From assembly GCA_963768855.1 (NCBI GenBank), contig CAVYJM010000011.1, positions 32,001 to 96,000 on the forward strand: 64,000 bases of DNA, in the 5' to 3' direction. This stretch comes from an uncultured Thermoplasmata archaeon. GTDB taxonomy: Archaea; Thermoplasmatota; Thermoplasmata; RBG-16-68-12. Made by a program: the position numbers and the translations under genes. Numbering within the stretch: the first letter of the stretch is position 1; every line of letters starts with the position of its first letter. Below are positions 48,258 to 56,726 of this stretch, piece after piece. The notes beneath the pieces are model-generated. The model saw nothing but the letters and a program-made list of their open reading frames with translations. It was not told the origin of the DNA and searched no databases.

Positions 48258-49349
48258 TCAGTCCGCCGGAGGCGGCGGGAGGAAGAACGGGTGCCACAGG
48301 ACCTCGATTTCGTCCTCGACGCCGTCGAGCGGCTCGCCGTCCCAGTTGTCGAGCTTGTCCGCGTACCGGTCGATGAGGCATGCGAGGAGATGGCGGAGGC
48401 GCGGCACGATGTCCTCCGTCGCGCCCCGCGTCACGAGGACCGCGACGACGATGCCGCGATCGTTGCACAAGATGAAGCGATGGTCGCCGAGCGTCACTTC
48501 CTGTACGTCGTTCCCGTCCCGCTCGGAGAACGTCTCGCGCACGAAGTTGGATAGGACGCTGATCATCCCGCCGACGACGTCCCGGTCCTTGTCGGACATG
48601 AGCGTGCGGGACATGTGCTTGACCAGGAGACCGTTGGCCCCGATCACGAAGACTTCCTCGATCGCGGGCTCGAGATGGGCTGGCGCCGGAGGCTCGGGAG
48701 GCGGGGGAGGGACGGGCTCCGCGCGGCGCGGTGTGACGCCGGTGCTCCCGGCGGGCTTCCGGGCGGGCCGCAGGGACCACACCTCCGAGGCCCCGAAGGC
48801 CAGCAGGATGCAGAGGCCCAGGAGAAGGTACCACGCCGGGCCGGGGCCCCAGGTGAGGAGTGTGCTCGAGTTCCCGGAGACGATCTGCCCCTCGAACCCG
48901 GGGAGCGGATTCCCGTTGAGCTGGGGCAGATCCTCCGCGGCGACGGTGACTTGGAGGACCAGTTCGACCGGGACCAGGAGGGCGAGGAGGCAGCCGGACA
49001 CCAGGGCGAGGCCGGGGAACACGCCGCGGAGCTTGCGGCGCTGAGTGGCGAGGCTCAGGGCCATGGCGGCCACGATCGAGGCGAGGAGCCCCAGGAACTC
49101 GTATTGCATTTGCTCGAACAGGGAGGATATGTGGGCTTGGCCCGGTAGGTCTGGATACGTGAAGCTCGCGGTGGTCGCGTTCCCGAGGGTCTTGTTCTGA
49201 ATCGTGTGGGTCACGTCGAAGAGGCCGTAGGACCACGTCTCGATCTGGGTGCTGTCGGAGAGTCTCCATTCCCAGACGGGCTCCCCGACCGCGACGATGA
49301 CGACCGCGAGGGCGATCGCTGCGACGGCAATCCCGGACCACGCCGACAT
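48258..49349 (-). CDS. Four-TM (claudin/Sur7-like) membrane protein fused to a longin/roadblock-like cytoplasmic domain
   Basis: TM1-W..YGLF-TM2-TM3-WGPGPAWYL-TM4, Pro-rich linker, then IEEVFVIGANGLLV..DVVGGMISVLSNFVRETF.. Confidence 0.7.
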   Translation of the reverse strand: MSAWSGIAVAAIALAVVIVAVGEPVWEWRLSDSTQIETWSYGLFDVTHTIQNKTLGNATTASFTYPDLPGQAHISSLFEQMQYEFLGLLASIVAAMALSLATQRRKLRGVFPGLALVSGCLLALLVPVELVLQVTVAAEDLPQLNGNPLPGFEGQIVSGNSSTLLTWGPGPAWYLLLGLCILLAFGASEVWSLRPARKPAGSTGVTPRRAEPVPPPPPEPPAPAHLEPAIEEVFVIGANGLLVKHMSRTLMSDKDRDVVGGMISVLSNFVRETFSERDGNDVQEVTLGDHRFILCNDRGIVVAVLVTRGATEDIVPRLRHLLACLIDRYADKLDNWDGEPLDGVEDEIEVLWHPFFLPPPPAD

Positions 49350-49438
49350 AGTCCGGAAAGGTCGTCTCCGGGCCAGCTTAAGAGGCCTTTTGCGTCATTA
49401 TCGCGCGGAGAAGGCAGCCGGGCTCCCAGGCGTGAGAA

Positions 49439-50218
49439 TCAGCTGTCCGTCCACCGCGGCTCGCGCTTCTCGAGGAAGGCCTGCACCCCCTCCTCCTTGT
49501 CCTTCGACGTGATCACGAGAGTGAACAGGGTCTGTTCATACCGGAGGCCCTGGTCCATCGGCAACCGGGTCGAAGCTTTCACGGCAGCCTTGGCGAGCCG
49601 CACCGCGACCATGCTCTTCGAGGCGATCTTCCCCGCGATCTCCTCGACGCGCTTGTCCAGGAGGGGATGCGCGACGACCTCGTCGACGAGCCCGATGCGC
49701 AGCGCTTCCTTGGCGTCGATCCGTTCGCCGCTCAGGGTGAGCTTGAGGGCCGTGCCCAGGCCGACGAGGCGCGGGAGCCGCTGGCTCCCGCCGCCCCCTG
49801 GCATGATTCCGATGTTGACCTCCGCCTGGCTGAAGAGGGCCCGCTCGGAGGCGATCCGGACGTCGCAGGCCAAGGCGACCTCGAGGCCCCCGCCGAAGCA
49901 GTAGCCATCGATGCGCGCGAGGATTGGCTTCGCCATCCGGTCCACCGCCTCGTAGACGCTGCCCCGCCGCTCCAGGTCCGCCTGCTCGACGAGCCCCCGT
50001 CCCTGGAACTCCTGGATGTCCGCACCCGCGATGAACGACCGGTCTCCCGCGCCCGTCAGCACGACGACGCGGACCGTGGGATCCGCGTCGAGCCCGTCGA
50101 GGACGCGGATGAGCTCGCCCTTCATCTCGAGGGACATCGCGTTGTGCTTCTCCGGCCGGTTGAGCGTCACGACCGCGATCGGCCCGCGGCGCTCCACGAG
50201 GACGAGGGACGAGGCCAT
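49439..50218 (-). CDS. Enoyl-CoA hydratase/isomerase (crotonase)
   Basis: LNRPEKHNA, FIAGADI, GGGLEVALACD, QAEVNIGIMPGGGGSQRL, AFLEKR. Confidence 0.94.
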   Translation of the reverse strand: MASSLVLVERRGPIAVVTLNRPEKHNAMSLEMKGELIRVLDGLDADPTVRVVVLTGAGDRSFIAGADIQEFQGRGLVEQADLERRGSVYEAVDRMAKPILARIDGYCFGGGLEVALACDVRIASERALFSQAEVNIGIMPGGGGSQRLPRLVGLGTALKLTLSGERIDAKEALRIGLVDEVVAHPLLDKRVEEIAGKIASKSMVAVRLAKAAVKASTRLPMDQGLRYEQTLFTLVITSKDKEEGVQAFLEKREPRWTDS

Positions 50219-50325
50219 GAGATCGGCTGCGGGGAGGACGGCCGCGGATTTTAGGCCTTCCGAACAAATCAACCTTGTTTAAGGTTGACTGGTCCTAGGC
50301 GCGGCGGTCCGCGGGTGGCGCCCTT

Positions 50326-50805
50326 TCAGAGGAGCTTGTCCATGGTCAGGACGGTCGTCTGGAACCCGAGCTTCTTCCAGAACTCGACGCTCATGGCGTT
50401 CTTCGTGTCCGTGGCGACGCGCACCCGACTCACGCGCTTCTCCCCGAACCATCCGAGGGCGGCGGCCACCATCGAGCGGCCCACTCCCTTGCCGCGGTAG
50501 GGTTCCTGGACGTAGACCGCGGAGATGTGGCCGTACTTCCGCTCCATGAAGATTCCGGGCGGCTGCTCAAGGGAGGCGAGTAGGAATCCGGCCGGCTTCC
50601 CGCCGACCTCGGCGATCTGTGCCACGCGGTTCCGCGTACCGAGGAAAGAACGCAGGTGCCTCTCCCACTGCTCGGGCGCCCCCGTCGCGAGCCGGAAGTC
50701 CTGTCCCCCTAGGCTCTCGTCGAATCCGATCAGCTCGCGCCAGAGGCGGATGAGCTGCGGGAGGTCGTCCGCTTTCGCCGGATGAACCCGGAGGTCGAGG
50801 GCCAT
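50326..50805 (-). CDS. GNAT family N-acetyltransferase
   Basis: ISAVYVQEPYRGKGVG, FWKKLGF. Confidence 0.92.
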   Translation of the reverse strand: MALDLRVHPAKADDLPQLIRLWRELIGFDESLGGQDFRLATGAPEQWERHLRSFLGTRNRVAQIAEVGGKPAGFLLASLEQPPGIFMERKYGHISAVYVQEPYRGKGVGRSMVAAALGWFGEKRVSRVRVATDTKNAMSVEFWKKLGFQTTVLTMDKLL

Positions 50806-50869
50806 GTTCCCGCGCTACGCCCGTCCGGGGGCTAAAAGCCTCGGTCTATTCCGTTCCGGGCGGCGCGAC

Positions 50870-51658
50870 TCACTTGCCCTGGAACTGCGGCTTGCGCTTC
50901 TCGAGGAAGGCCTTGAAGCCCTCCTTCGCGTCTGCCATGGAGAACAGCCTGTTCTGGAGTTCGCGCTCGAGCGCGAGGCCCTCGTGGAGCGGGACCTCGA
51001 TCCCTTCGGCGACGGATCGCTTGATCAGGCCGACGGCTCGCGCGGCATGGTTCGGGTACGCCAGGCCCTGGGCGAATGCCATCGTCTCCTCCCAGAACTT
51101 CTCCCTCGGGAAGACGCGGTTCAGGATGCCCCACTCGAGGGCCTCCTTCGGGGAAAGGGTGCGGCCCGTCGTCATCAGGTCAATCGCGCGGCTCTTGCCG
51201 ATGAGCCGCGGGAGGCGCTGGGTTCCGCCGGTCCCTGGGAGTACGCCCAGGGTCACCTCAGGCAACCCGATCTTCCAAGCCCCGTCCGAAGCGAAGCGGA
51301 GGTCCGCGGCGAGGGCGATCTCCAGGCCGCCTCCGACGCAGTGCCCGTCGATTGCTGCGATGAAGAGCTTCGGGGTGGACTCCATCTTGTTGAGGACCTC
51401 CTGGCAGTTCAGGCAGAACATCGCCTTGTACTCCGGCGTGGAGGTCGCGAGGAGGTTGATGTCTGCGCCCGAGGACCAGATCCCGTCGAGCTTCGAGGCG
51501 AACACGCAGAGGTCGATCGAGTCGTCGAAGCGCACCTCGTCGATCACGTTGCTGATGTCCCGCATGAGATCCGTGTCGTACGTGTTCATCTTCGGCTTGT
51601 TGAACCATGCGACGGCCACGCGGTCCTTCTTCTCCAAGGACATGTAGGTGAGGTCCAT
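50870..51658 (-). CDS. Crotonase-fold enzyme resembling the N-terminal domain of benzoyl-CoA-epoxide/dihydrodiol lyase BoxC
   Basis: MNTYD..VRFD..SSGADI..YKAMFC; GGGLEIALA; LPEVTLGVLPGTGGTQRL; directly downstream of the BoxB-like gene. Confidence 0.8.
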   Translation of the reverse strand: MDLTYMSLEKKDRVAVAWFNKPKMNTYDTDLMRDISNVIDEVRFDDSIDLCVFASKLDGIWSSGADINLLATSTPEYKAMFCLNCQEVLNKMESTPKLFIAAIDGHCVGGGLEIALAADLRFASDGAWKIGLPEVTLGVLPGTGGTQRLPRLIGKSRAIDLMTTGRTLSPKEALEWGILNRVFPREKFWEETMAFAQGLAYPNHAARAVGLIKRSVAEGIEVPLHEGLALERELQNRLFSMADAKEGFKAFLEKRKPQFQGK

Positions 51659-51733
51659 CAGCTGCCCCTCGTCGCGTCCTATGATTGCGGCTTGTAATAA
51701 AGGATGGCCTATCCATGCGACGGCGGAGCGAAT

Positions 51734-53155
51734 TCAGGGGGCCGGCCGATGCACAGGCTCCGGCTCTCCCCACTTGTCGTTGAACAGGAACTCGTCCTTC
51801 ACGAACTGCCAGTGGCGGCTCGTCATGTATCGTTCCGGCAGGACGGTCTTGAGGTAGTCTGCGTAGTCCTGCCGCTCGATCGGCTTCCCGTCGTGGGTGA
51901 GCAGACTCCCGCGGACGTCGTACGGGAGGTACACGTAGCCCACGCCAGGCGAGTCGCTGCCCACGTTGCGGAAGTCTCCGTATTCCTGCAGGCCGCGGAT
52001 CCGGAAGAACCGCCGATCCGGCAGGAGCACGAGGTCGTCCTTGGTCATGCCGTGGAGCGTCTCGCCCGCCTCGAGCCGTGCCAGGACGCGCTTCGCCTCC
52101 TCCCGCGTGCAGCGGGCCTTCGAGGCGATCATTGCGAGGTTCACGTCCTCGACTTTGCCCTGCACCTCGGCGATGTAGATCGCCTGCGCTTCGCCGTTCG
52201 TCAGGGTCTTGAAGACTCCCTTGACGAGGCCTCCGCCGAGCTCGGAGCCGAACATCTCGAGGCCGCGGGGGTACCACATGTTGATCGTCCGCTGGAGATC
52301 CTCCACGCCGAAGTTGCCCCCGTCGTGAATGGCGGCCGCCCCGATCGCCTTCATGAGCGTCTCGCCGGCGGCGAGGTGGTACGACTCCTCCTTCCACCGC
52401 ATCCACGGCATGGAGACGGCCATGGGGCCGTACAGGAAGTGGTGCTGCATCTCGAGCTGGAACTTCCCGACGCGGTCGATCAGGCTCATGAACGTGGCGG
52501 AGTCCATGATGCTCTTGAACTCGATGTTGAAGGCGTCGAGCACGTGCTCGCCCGGCTTCATCGCGAAGAGCTCCTCCAGCGTCTCCGTGGCCCAGTGGTG
52601 TCCCCACCGCGCGCGGTCGAAGCTCGCGTCGAGGGTGAGGACGCCGGCCATCTGCATGTGGTGCCGCAGCTCCTCGACGCACACACGCTTCTTCGAGAAG
52701 GAGATCGCGTCGAGGCGGTGTCCGGTCGGGTCCGTGCGGTGCATGCCTTCCACGATCTCCCGGTCCAGGCCGTTCAGGGATCCGGAGTCGAGCTGCTCGT
52801 AGACCATGCGGTGCTGCTGGATGGACGCCAGTTCCGTGGACGCCTGGGCGCGGATGATCTTGAGCGCGGTCATGTACTGGCTGTCGGGCATGTCGTCGGC
52901 CTTCCAGACCCGCGTGGAGAGGTCGGCCGTTGCGTCCGTGGCCCCGACGACCTTGCGTGCGAAGTCCGCGAAGCCGTCGGGCTTTGCGAGGACGCAGGTC
53001 AGGAGCGGCATCGGCGTCGCCGGATAGTAGCGGGACCAGTTCGCCTCGTCGAGGACGACGGGCATCTCGGGGAAATACGATTCCTGCCAGGCCCGCCCCT
53101 CCTCCTGCCACTTCTTCGGCAGGGGCTCCATCCGGAACTGGTCGAGGAGGGCCAT
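51734..53155 (-). CDS. boxB: BoxB-like benzoyl-CoA 2,3-epoxidase (soluble diiron, ferritin-like)
   Basis: IIRAQASTELASIQQ, VEELRH, VLDAFN, DRVGKFQL, EESYH, WYPRGLEMFG; 473 aa from ATG 53155. Confidence 0.82.
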   Translation of the reverse strand: MALLDQFRMEPLPKKWQEEGRAWQESYFPEMPVVLDEANWSRYYPATPMPLLTCVLAKPDGFADFARKVVGATDATADLSTRVWKADDMPDSQYMTALKIIRAQASTELASIQQHRMVYEQLDSGSLNGLDREIVEGMHRTDPTGHRLDAISFSKKRVCVEELRHHMQMAGVLTLDASFDRARWGHHWATETLEELFAMKPGEHVLDAFNIEFKSIMDSATFMSLIDRVGKFQLEMQHHFLYGPMAVSMPWMRWKEESYHLAAGETLMKAIGAAAIHDGGNFGVEDLQRTINMWYPRGLEMFGSELGGGLVKGVFKTLTNGEAQAIYIAEVQGKVEDVNLAMIASKARCTREEAKRVLARLEAGETLHGMTKDDLVLLPDRRFFRIRGLQEYGDFRNVGSDSPGVGYVYLPYDVRGSLLTHDGKPIERQDYADYLKTVLPERYMTSRHWQFVKDEFLFNDKWGEPEPVHRPAP

Positions 53156-53242
53156 CGACCCGAACAATAGAGGTCCCGACGGATGAATCTTTCCGGGTCG
53201 CTCCGAGAATTCGGTTTGCCGAAATGGGCACCCGGCCGCAAT

Positions 53243-53998
53243 CTAGCGGGGCGCGAGGACCGCGATGTAGTCCCCGGGCGCGTACCCGCCTCCCCAGATG
53301 ACCCGCGCGAGTTCCCAACCGCTCTGGTGGGCGATCCTCGCGAGGTCCTCGGGGGACTGGAGCAGCAGGTCGAACCAGTCGCCCACATGGCCTTTGTACC
53401 GGACCCGCAGGGTGAGGAGCCCAGGCGGTCGGCCGCGCGCAATGTTCCGCTTCACATACGGGAGATGGTCCACGGACCAGGTGCCGGGGAGCTGGCTGTG
53501 GCCGACGAGCCGGCCTCCGCGACGAATCGCCGGGGCCAGGCGGCGGAAGAAGTCGCGCATGTGGGGCACGTCGCCCGCGAGTCCGAGGTTGTTGCCGAGC
53601 AGGAGGACCGTGTCGAACGTCCCGAGGCCCGCCGGGATCCGGCGGACGTTGCCGAGGTACACCTCCTGCACGCCCCGGATTCGCGCGAGGGCGACCTGCG
53701 TCGGCGACGCGTCGAGCCCGACGACGGCGTGGCCTTTGGACTGCAGGTAGAGCGCGTGGCGGCCCGGACCGCACCCGAGGTCCAGGACGCGTCCGCGGAC
53801 CTCCTTCATCGCCTCCCGCTCCATCCGCGGCCACTGGTTCGCCGTGCCGAAGTACGAGTGGAGCGCGGACAGGCTCCGGTACCCGTCCTCCCGCTCGAAC
53901 TCCACGCGGACGCGCTTGCCCATCCAGAAGTCCAGCATCGCCTGGGCGTAGAGCTCGAAGGACGATCCGGGTGGCGCCTTACTCCCGCGGCGGGGCAT
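53243..53998 (-). CDS. Class I SAM-dependent methyltransferase
   Basis: RVLDLGCGPGRH, GLDAS, FDTVLLLGNNLG. Confidence 0.9.
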   Translation of the reverse strand: MPRRGSKAPPGSSFELYAQAMLDFWMGKRVRVEFEREDGYRSLSALHSYFGTANQWPRMEREAMKEVRGRVLDLGCGPGRHALYLQSKGHAVVGLDASPTQVALARIRGVQEVYLGNVRRIPAGLGTFDTVLLLGNNLGLAGDVPHMRDFFRRLAPAIRRGGRLVGHSQLPGTWSVDHLPYVKRNIARGRPPGLLTLRVRYKGHVGDWFDLLLQSPEDLARIAHQSGWELARVIWGGGYAPGDYIAVLAPR

Positions 53999-54128
53999 GG
54001 AAGCCGCGCGGGGATGGGCACCCCGGCTACATGACCTTTCTGCCCCGGCGGACGCGGCGCAGCTACAAGATAACCGCATGCGGCAAACTTTATCCGGGCG
54101 ACGGGCGTGAGGTCGCGGGGGAGCCGCC

Positions 54129-54275
54129 ATGGCCCGCACGCGCCGGGAATCGAAGTTCGAGGTGTTCGGGGAGGAGATGCTCGAGAAGGTGGTCGCCAAG
54201 AGCGGCAGCTCGGGGCGCGTCTACCTCCCGCCCGACTGGATCGGGAAGCGGGTCAAGGTCATCCGGGTCGATTGA
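54129..54275 (+). CDS. DUF2080-family small archaeal protein (swapped-hairpin/AbrB-like), missed by the ORF track
   Basis: Manual translation MARTRRESKFEVFGEEMLEKVVAKSGSSGRVYLPPDWIGKRVKVIRVD*. Confidence 0.85.
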   Translation: MARTRRESKFEVFGEEMLEKVVAKSGSSGRVYLPPDWIGKRVKVIRVD

Positions 54276-54282
54276 GGGGACG

Positions 54283-55347
54283 ATGGCCGGCTCGAGGTGG
54301 GGACCGAGAGGGATCGCGGGCTGCGCGCGGTGCGGGAGCCGCCGCGTCCACCCCAAGCTCCTCGTCATGGGACCGGTCCCCGGGATCGACAGCGACGCGT
54401 ATTCCTACATCTGCGAGGACTGCCACTACGAGGGCATGCCGGTCATCTTCGACACGGACGAGCAGCGCGCCCAGTTCGAGAAGGAGATTCGCGAGCGGGG
54501 ACACGCGCCGCCCGAGAAGCCCCTGAAGACCGCCCCGAGCATCCCGATCCTGCCCGTCTACACGAAGCCCCTCCTGGACGTCCCCCTCCTGGACCAGCTG
54601 CCCATCCACGCCGCAGCGGTCGTCGGCGTCCGCTGGGACGGGACGCGTCTTCAGCCAAACGGATACCGGACGTCCTTCCCGGAGTACTGGAACGTGATTG
54701 GCGGCTCGCGCTACAACGCGTCCCTCCTGTACATGCTGGACCTGAGCGGGATCGAACGGGGGAACCCGAACTTCGACGTGATGCGGCATCTCGTGAAGCG
54801 GTGCGACGTCTGGCTCGACCTCGGCGCCCGGGACTCCGACGACATCATGGACGGTTACATGCTCGATGTCGAGCGCGTCGTCGCGGGGACCAAGACCCTG
54901 CCCTCCCTCGACGCGTTCGTCGAGGCATACGCGCTCTCCCCGGCGGTCCTGCCCTGCCTCGACTGGGACGGCCAGATCGTGTGGGGCGACCCGCGCGAGC
55001 GGCGCAGAGATCTGTCGGAGGTCCTGGGATCTCTCCGGGCCATCGGGTTCGAGGCGGTGTGCGTGATGGACCTCCGGCGCCTTGGAACGGAGCAGGGACC
55101 GGACCCCGCGCTCGTCTCGCTTCTGCAGGGATCCGATCTGTCCGTGTACCTCGGCGGCGGCGTGCAGGAGACGGACATCACCGGGCTCAAGGAGAAGGGG
55201 TTCGCTGGAGGGCTCGTCGACCCGTACACCCCGGTCATCCGGAACCTGCTCCTGCCCCCCAAGCCCGAAGGGCCGGCGCCCGCGTCGACGCCGGAGACGG
55301 TCGCCCGCCCCGCGCCCTCCTCGCGCGCCGTGCCGGACGCAGGCTGA
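54283..55347 (+). CDS. Zinc-ribbon plus HisA/HisF-like TIM-barrel protein
   Basis: CARCGS...CEDCHY; LYMLDLSGI, VWLDLGAR, VVAGT, VMDLRRLGT..GPD, YLGGGV. Confidence 0.75.
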   Translation: MAGSRWGPRGIAGCARCGSRRVHPKLLVMGPVPGIDSDAYSYICEDCHYEGMPVIFDTDEQRAQFEKEIRERGHAPPEKPLKTAPSIPILPVYTKPLLDVPLLDQLPIHAAAVVGVRWDGTRLQPNGYRTSFPEYWNVIGGSRYNASLLYMLDLSGIERGNPNFDVMRHLVKRCDVWLDLGARDSDDIMDGYMLDVERVVAGTKTLPSLDAFVEAYALSPAVLPCLDWDGQIVWGDPRERRRDLSEVLGSLRAIGFEAVCVMDLRRLGTEQGPDPALVSLLQGSDLSVYLGGGVQETDITGLKEKGFAGGLVDPYTPVIRNLLLPPKPEGPAPASTPETVARPAPSSRAVPDAG

Positions 55348-55351
55348 GACG

Positions 55352-56182
55352 ATGTGCGCCCTCGAGGTCGAGGAGGCGCACGCCACGACGTCCGAGGGCG
55401 TGCGGATCCTCTATCGGGTGAGCGGCAAGGGCCCCTTCGCGATGGTCATGCCGGTGCCCTGGGGCCTGGACTCCTTCATCCAGACCCGCGGGTTCTCCTC
55501 CCTTGCCTTCTACCTCGCCCTCGTGACGTTCGATCCGCGGGGCGTCGGCGGGTCCGACCCGGTCCGCTCGGACACCGAGTTCTCGCGCGACACGACGGCG
55601 CGGGATGCGGCGACCGTTGCGGACGCGCTCGGCCTGTCTCGCGGCGTCGTCATCGGCCACTCCGGAGGCGGGGCCGTCGCCCTCACGTACGCGCTGGCGT
55701 TCCCGGAGCGGGTCTCCCATCTCATCCTCGTCTCGACGGCCGCGTGGTGGTCCGATCCGAGCCCGTTGCGCACGGACCAAGGGTTCCCGGTGACGGAGGC
55801 CGAGATGCGGGAACGGATGCGGGAGGATCTTGACCGGTCCGTGCGCCATCCGGCCGTGTTCGCGAAGGCGATGGACGAGCTGCTCCCGAGGATGCGGTTC
55901 TCGCCGGCTCGCCTGAAATGGGTGGTCACGCAGGACGCGAAGTCGTACGATGTGCGCGGCCGACTCGGAGAGATTCGCGTGCCCACGCTCATTGTCCACG
56001 GCCGGCAGGACGAGCGCGTTTCTCTGGACCGAGCGAGGGAGCTGCAGGCAGAGATTGCCGGGTCCCACTTGGTTGTCGTGGAGGATTGCGGCCACTGGCC
56101 GCACATAGAGAAGCGCACTGAGTTTCTCGACGCAGTCCGGAGCTTCCTGGGGCTCGTGGACCGGGTCCCGAGGTCGTTCTGA
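55352..56182 (+). CDS. Alpha/beta hydrolase
   Basis: FDPRGVGGS, GHSGGG nucleophile elbow, PTLIVHGRQD, CGHWPH. Confidence 0.92.
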   Translation: MCALEVEEAHATTSEGVRILYRVSGKGPFAMVMPVPWGLDSFIQTRGFSSLAFYLALVTFDPRGVGGSDPVRSDTEFSRDTTARDAATVADALGLSRGVVIGHSGGGAVALTYALAFPERVSHLILVSTAAWWSDPSPLRTDQGFPVTEAEMRERMREDLDRSVRHPAVFAKAMDELLPRMRFSPARLKWVVTQDAKSYDVRGRLGEIRVPTLIVHGRQDERVSLDRARELQAEIAGSHLVVVEDCGHWPHIEKRTEFLDAVRSFLGLVDRVPRSF

Positions 56183-56191
56183 CCGCGAGCC

Positions 56192-56605
56192 TCAGACCCG
56201 TTCCACGTCGACGCCGACGCTCCGCAGGATGTCGAGGCCCTCGTCGGAGCGGTACGTCGCGCGGTAGTACACCTTCGACACGCCGGAGTTGACGATGGCC
56301 TTCGCGCATGTGATGCAGGGCTGGGCGGTGACGAAGACCACTTTCTTCGGATCGTTCACCCGCACTTTGATCAAGGCGTTCACCTCACTATGAACGCAGC
56401 CACACCCGCCTGGTTGGTCCACCTTGCAGTCTTCGTGCGAGAGACCCCTCGCGGTCCCGTTGTATCCGAATCCGTAGATCTGAGTCATGTCCTGCGACGT
56501 GAGCACGCACCCGACCTGGAACCGCTTGCACGTTGCCCTGCGGGTGAGCGCCATCGCGAAATCCATGATCAGGCTCTCCAGGCTCGGCCGCTCGATCGTG
56601 CCCAT
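56192..56605 (-). CDS. dCMP deaminase (ComEB-like)
   Basis: ATCKRFQVGC, GYNG, CVHSEVNA, PCITCAKAIVNSG. Confidence 0.92.
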   Translation of the reverse strand: MGTIERPSLESLIMDFAMALTRRATCKRFQVGCVLTSQDMTQIYGFGYNGTARGLSHEDCKVDQPGGCGCVHSEVNALIKVRVNDPKKVVFVTAQPCITCAKAIVNSGVSKVYYRATYRSDEGLDILRSVGVDVERV

Positions 56606-56726
56606 CTCCGCTCCCCTGAGGACTTCTGCGGACAAGTCCGCCCGGCGTCATAAGGCTTCGGGAGCCAAGCCCGTTTGCCGGGACCCCCGCGAATCTTTTT
56701 CTATGCGAGCAAGTTCGGATGGCCCG

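Noticed and set aside
49439-50218. Second crotonase as the missing C-terminal half of a split BoxC
   Set aside because: It looks like a generic complete enoyl-CoA hydratase and is separated by a GNAT gene; no BoxC-specific features were seen
54129-54275. DUF2080 as evidence of a mobile element
   Set aside because: No transposase, terminal inverted repeats or target duplications nearby; the family is common as stand-alone chromosomal genes in archaea
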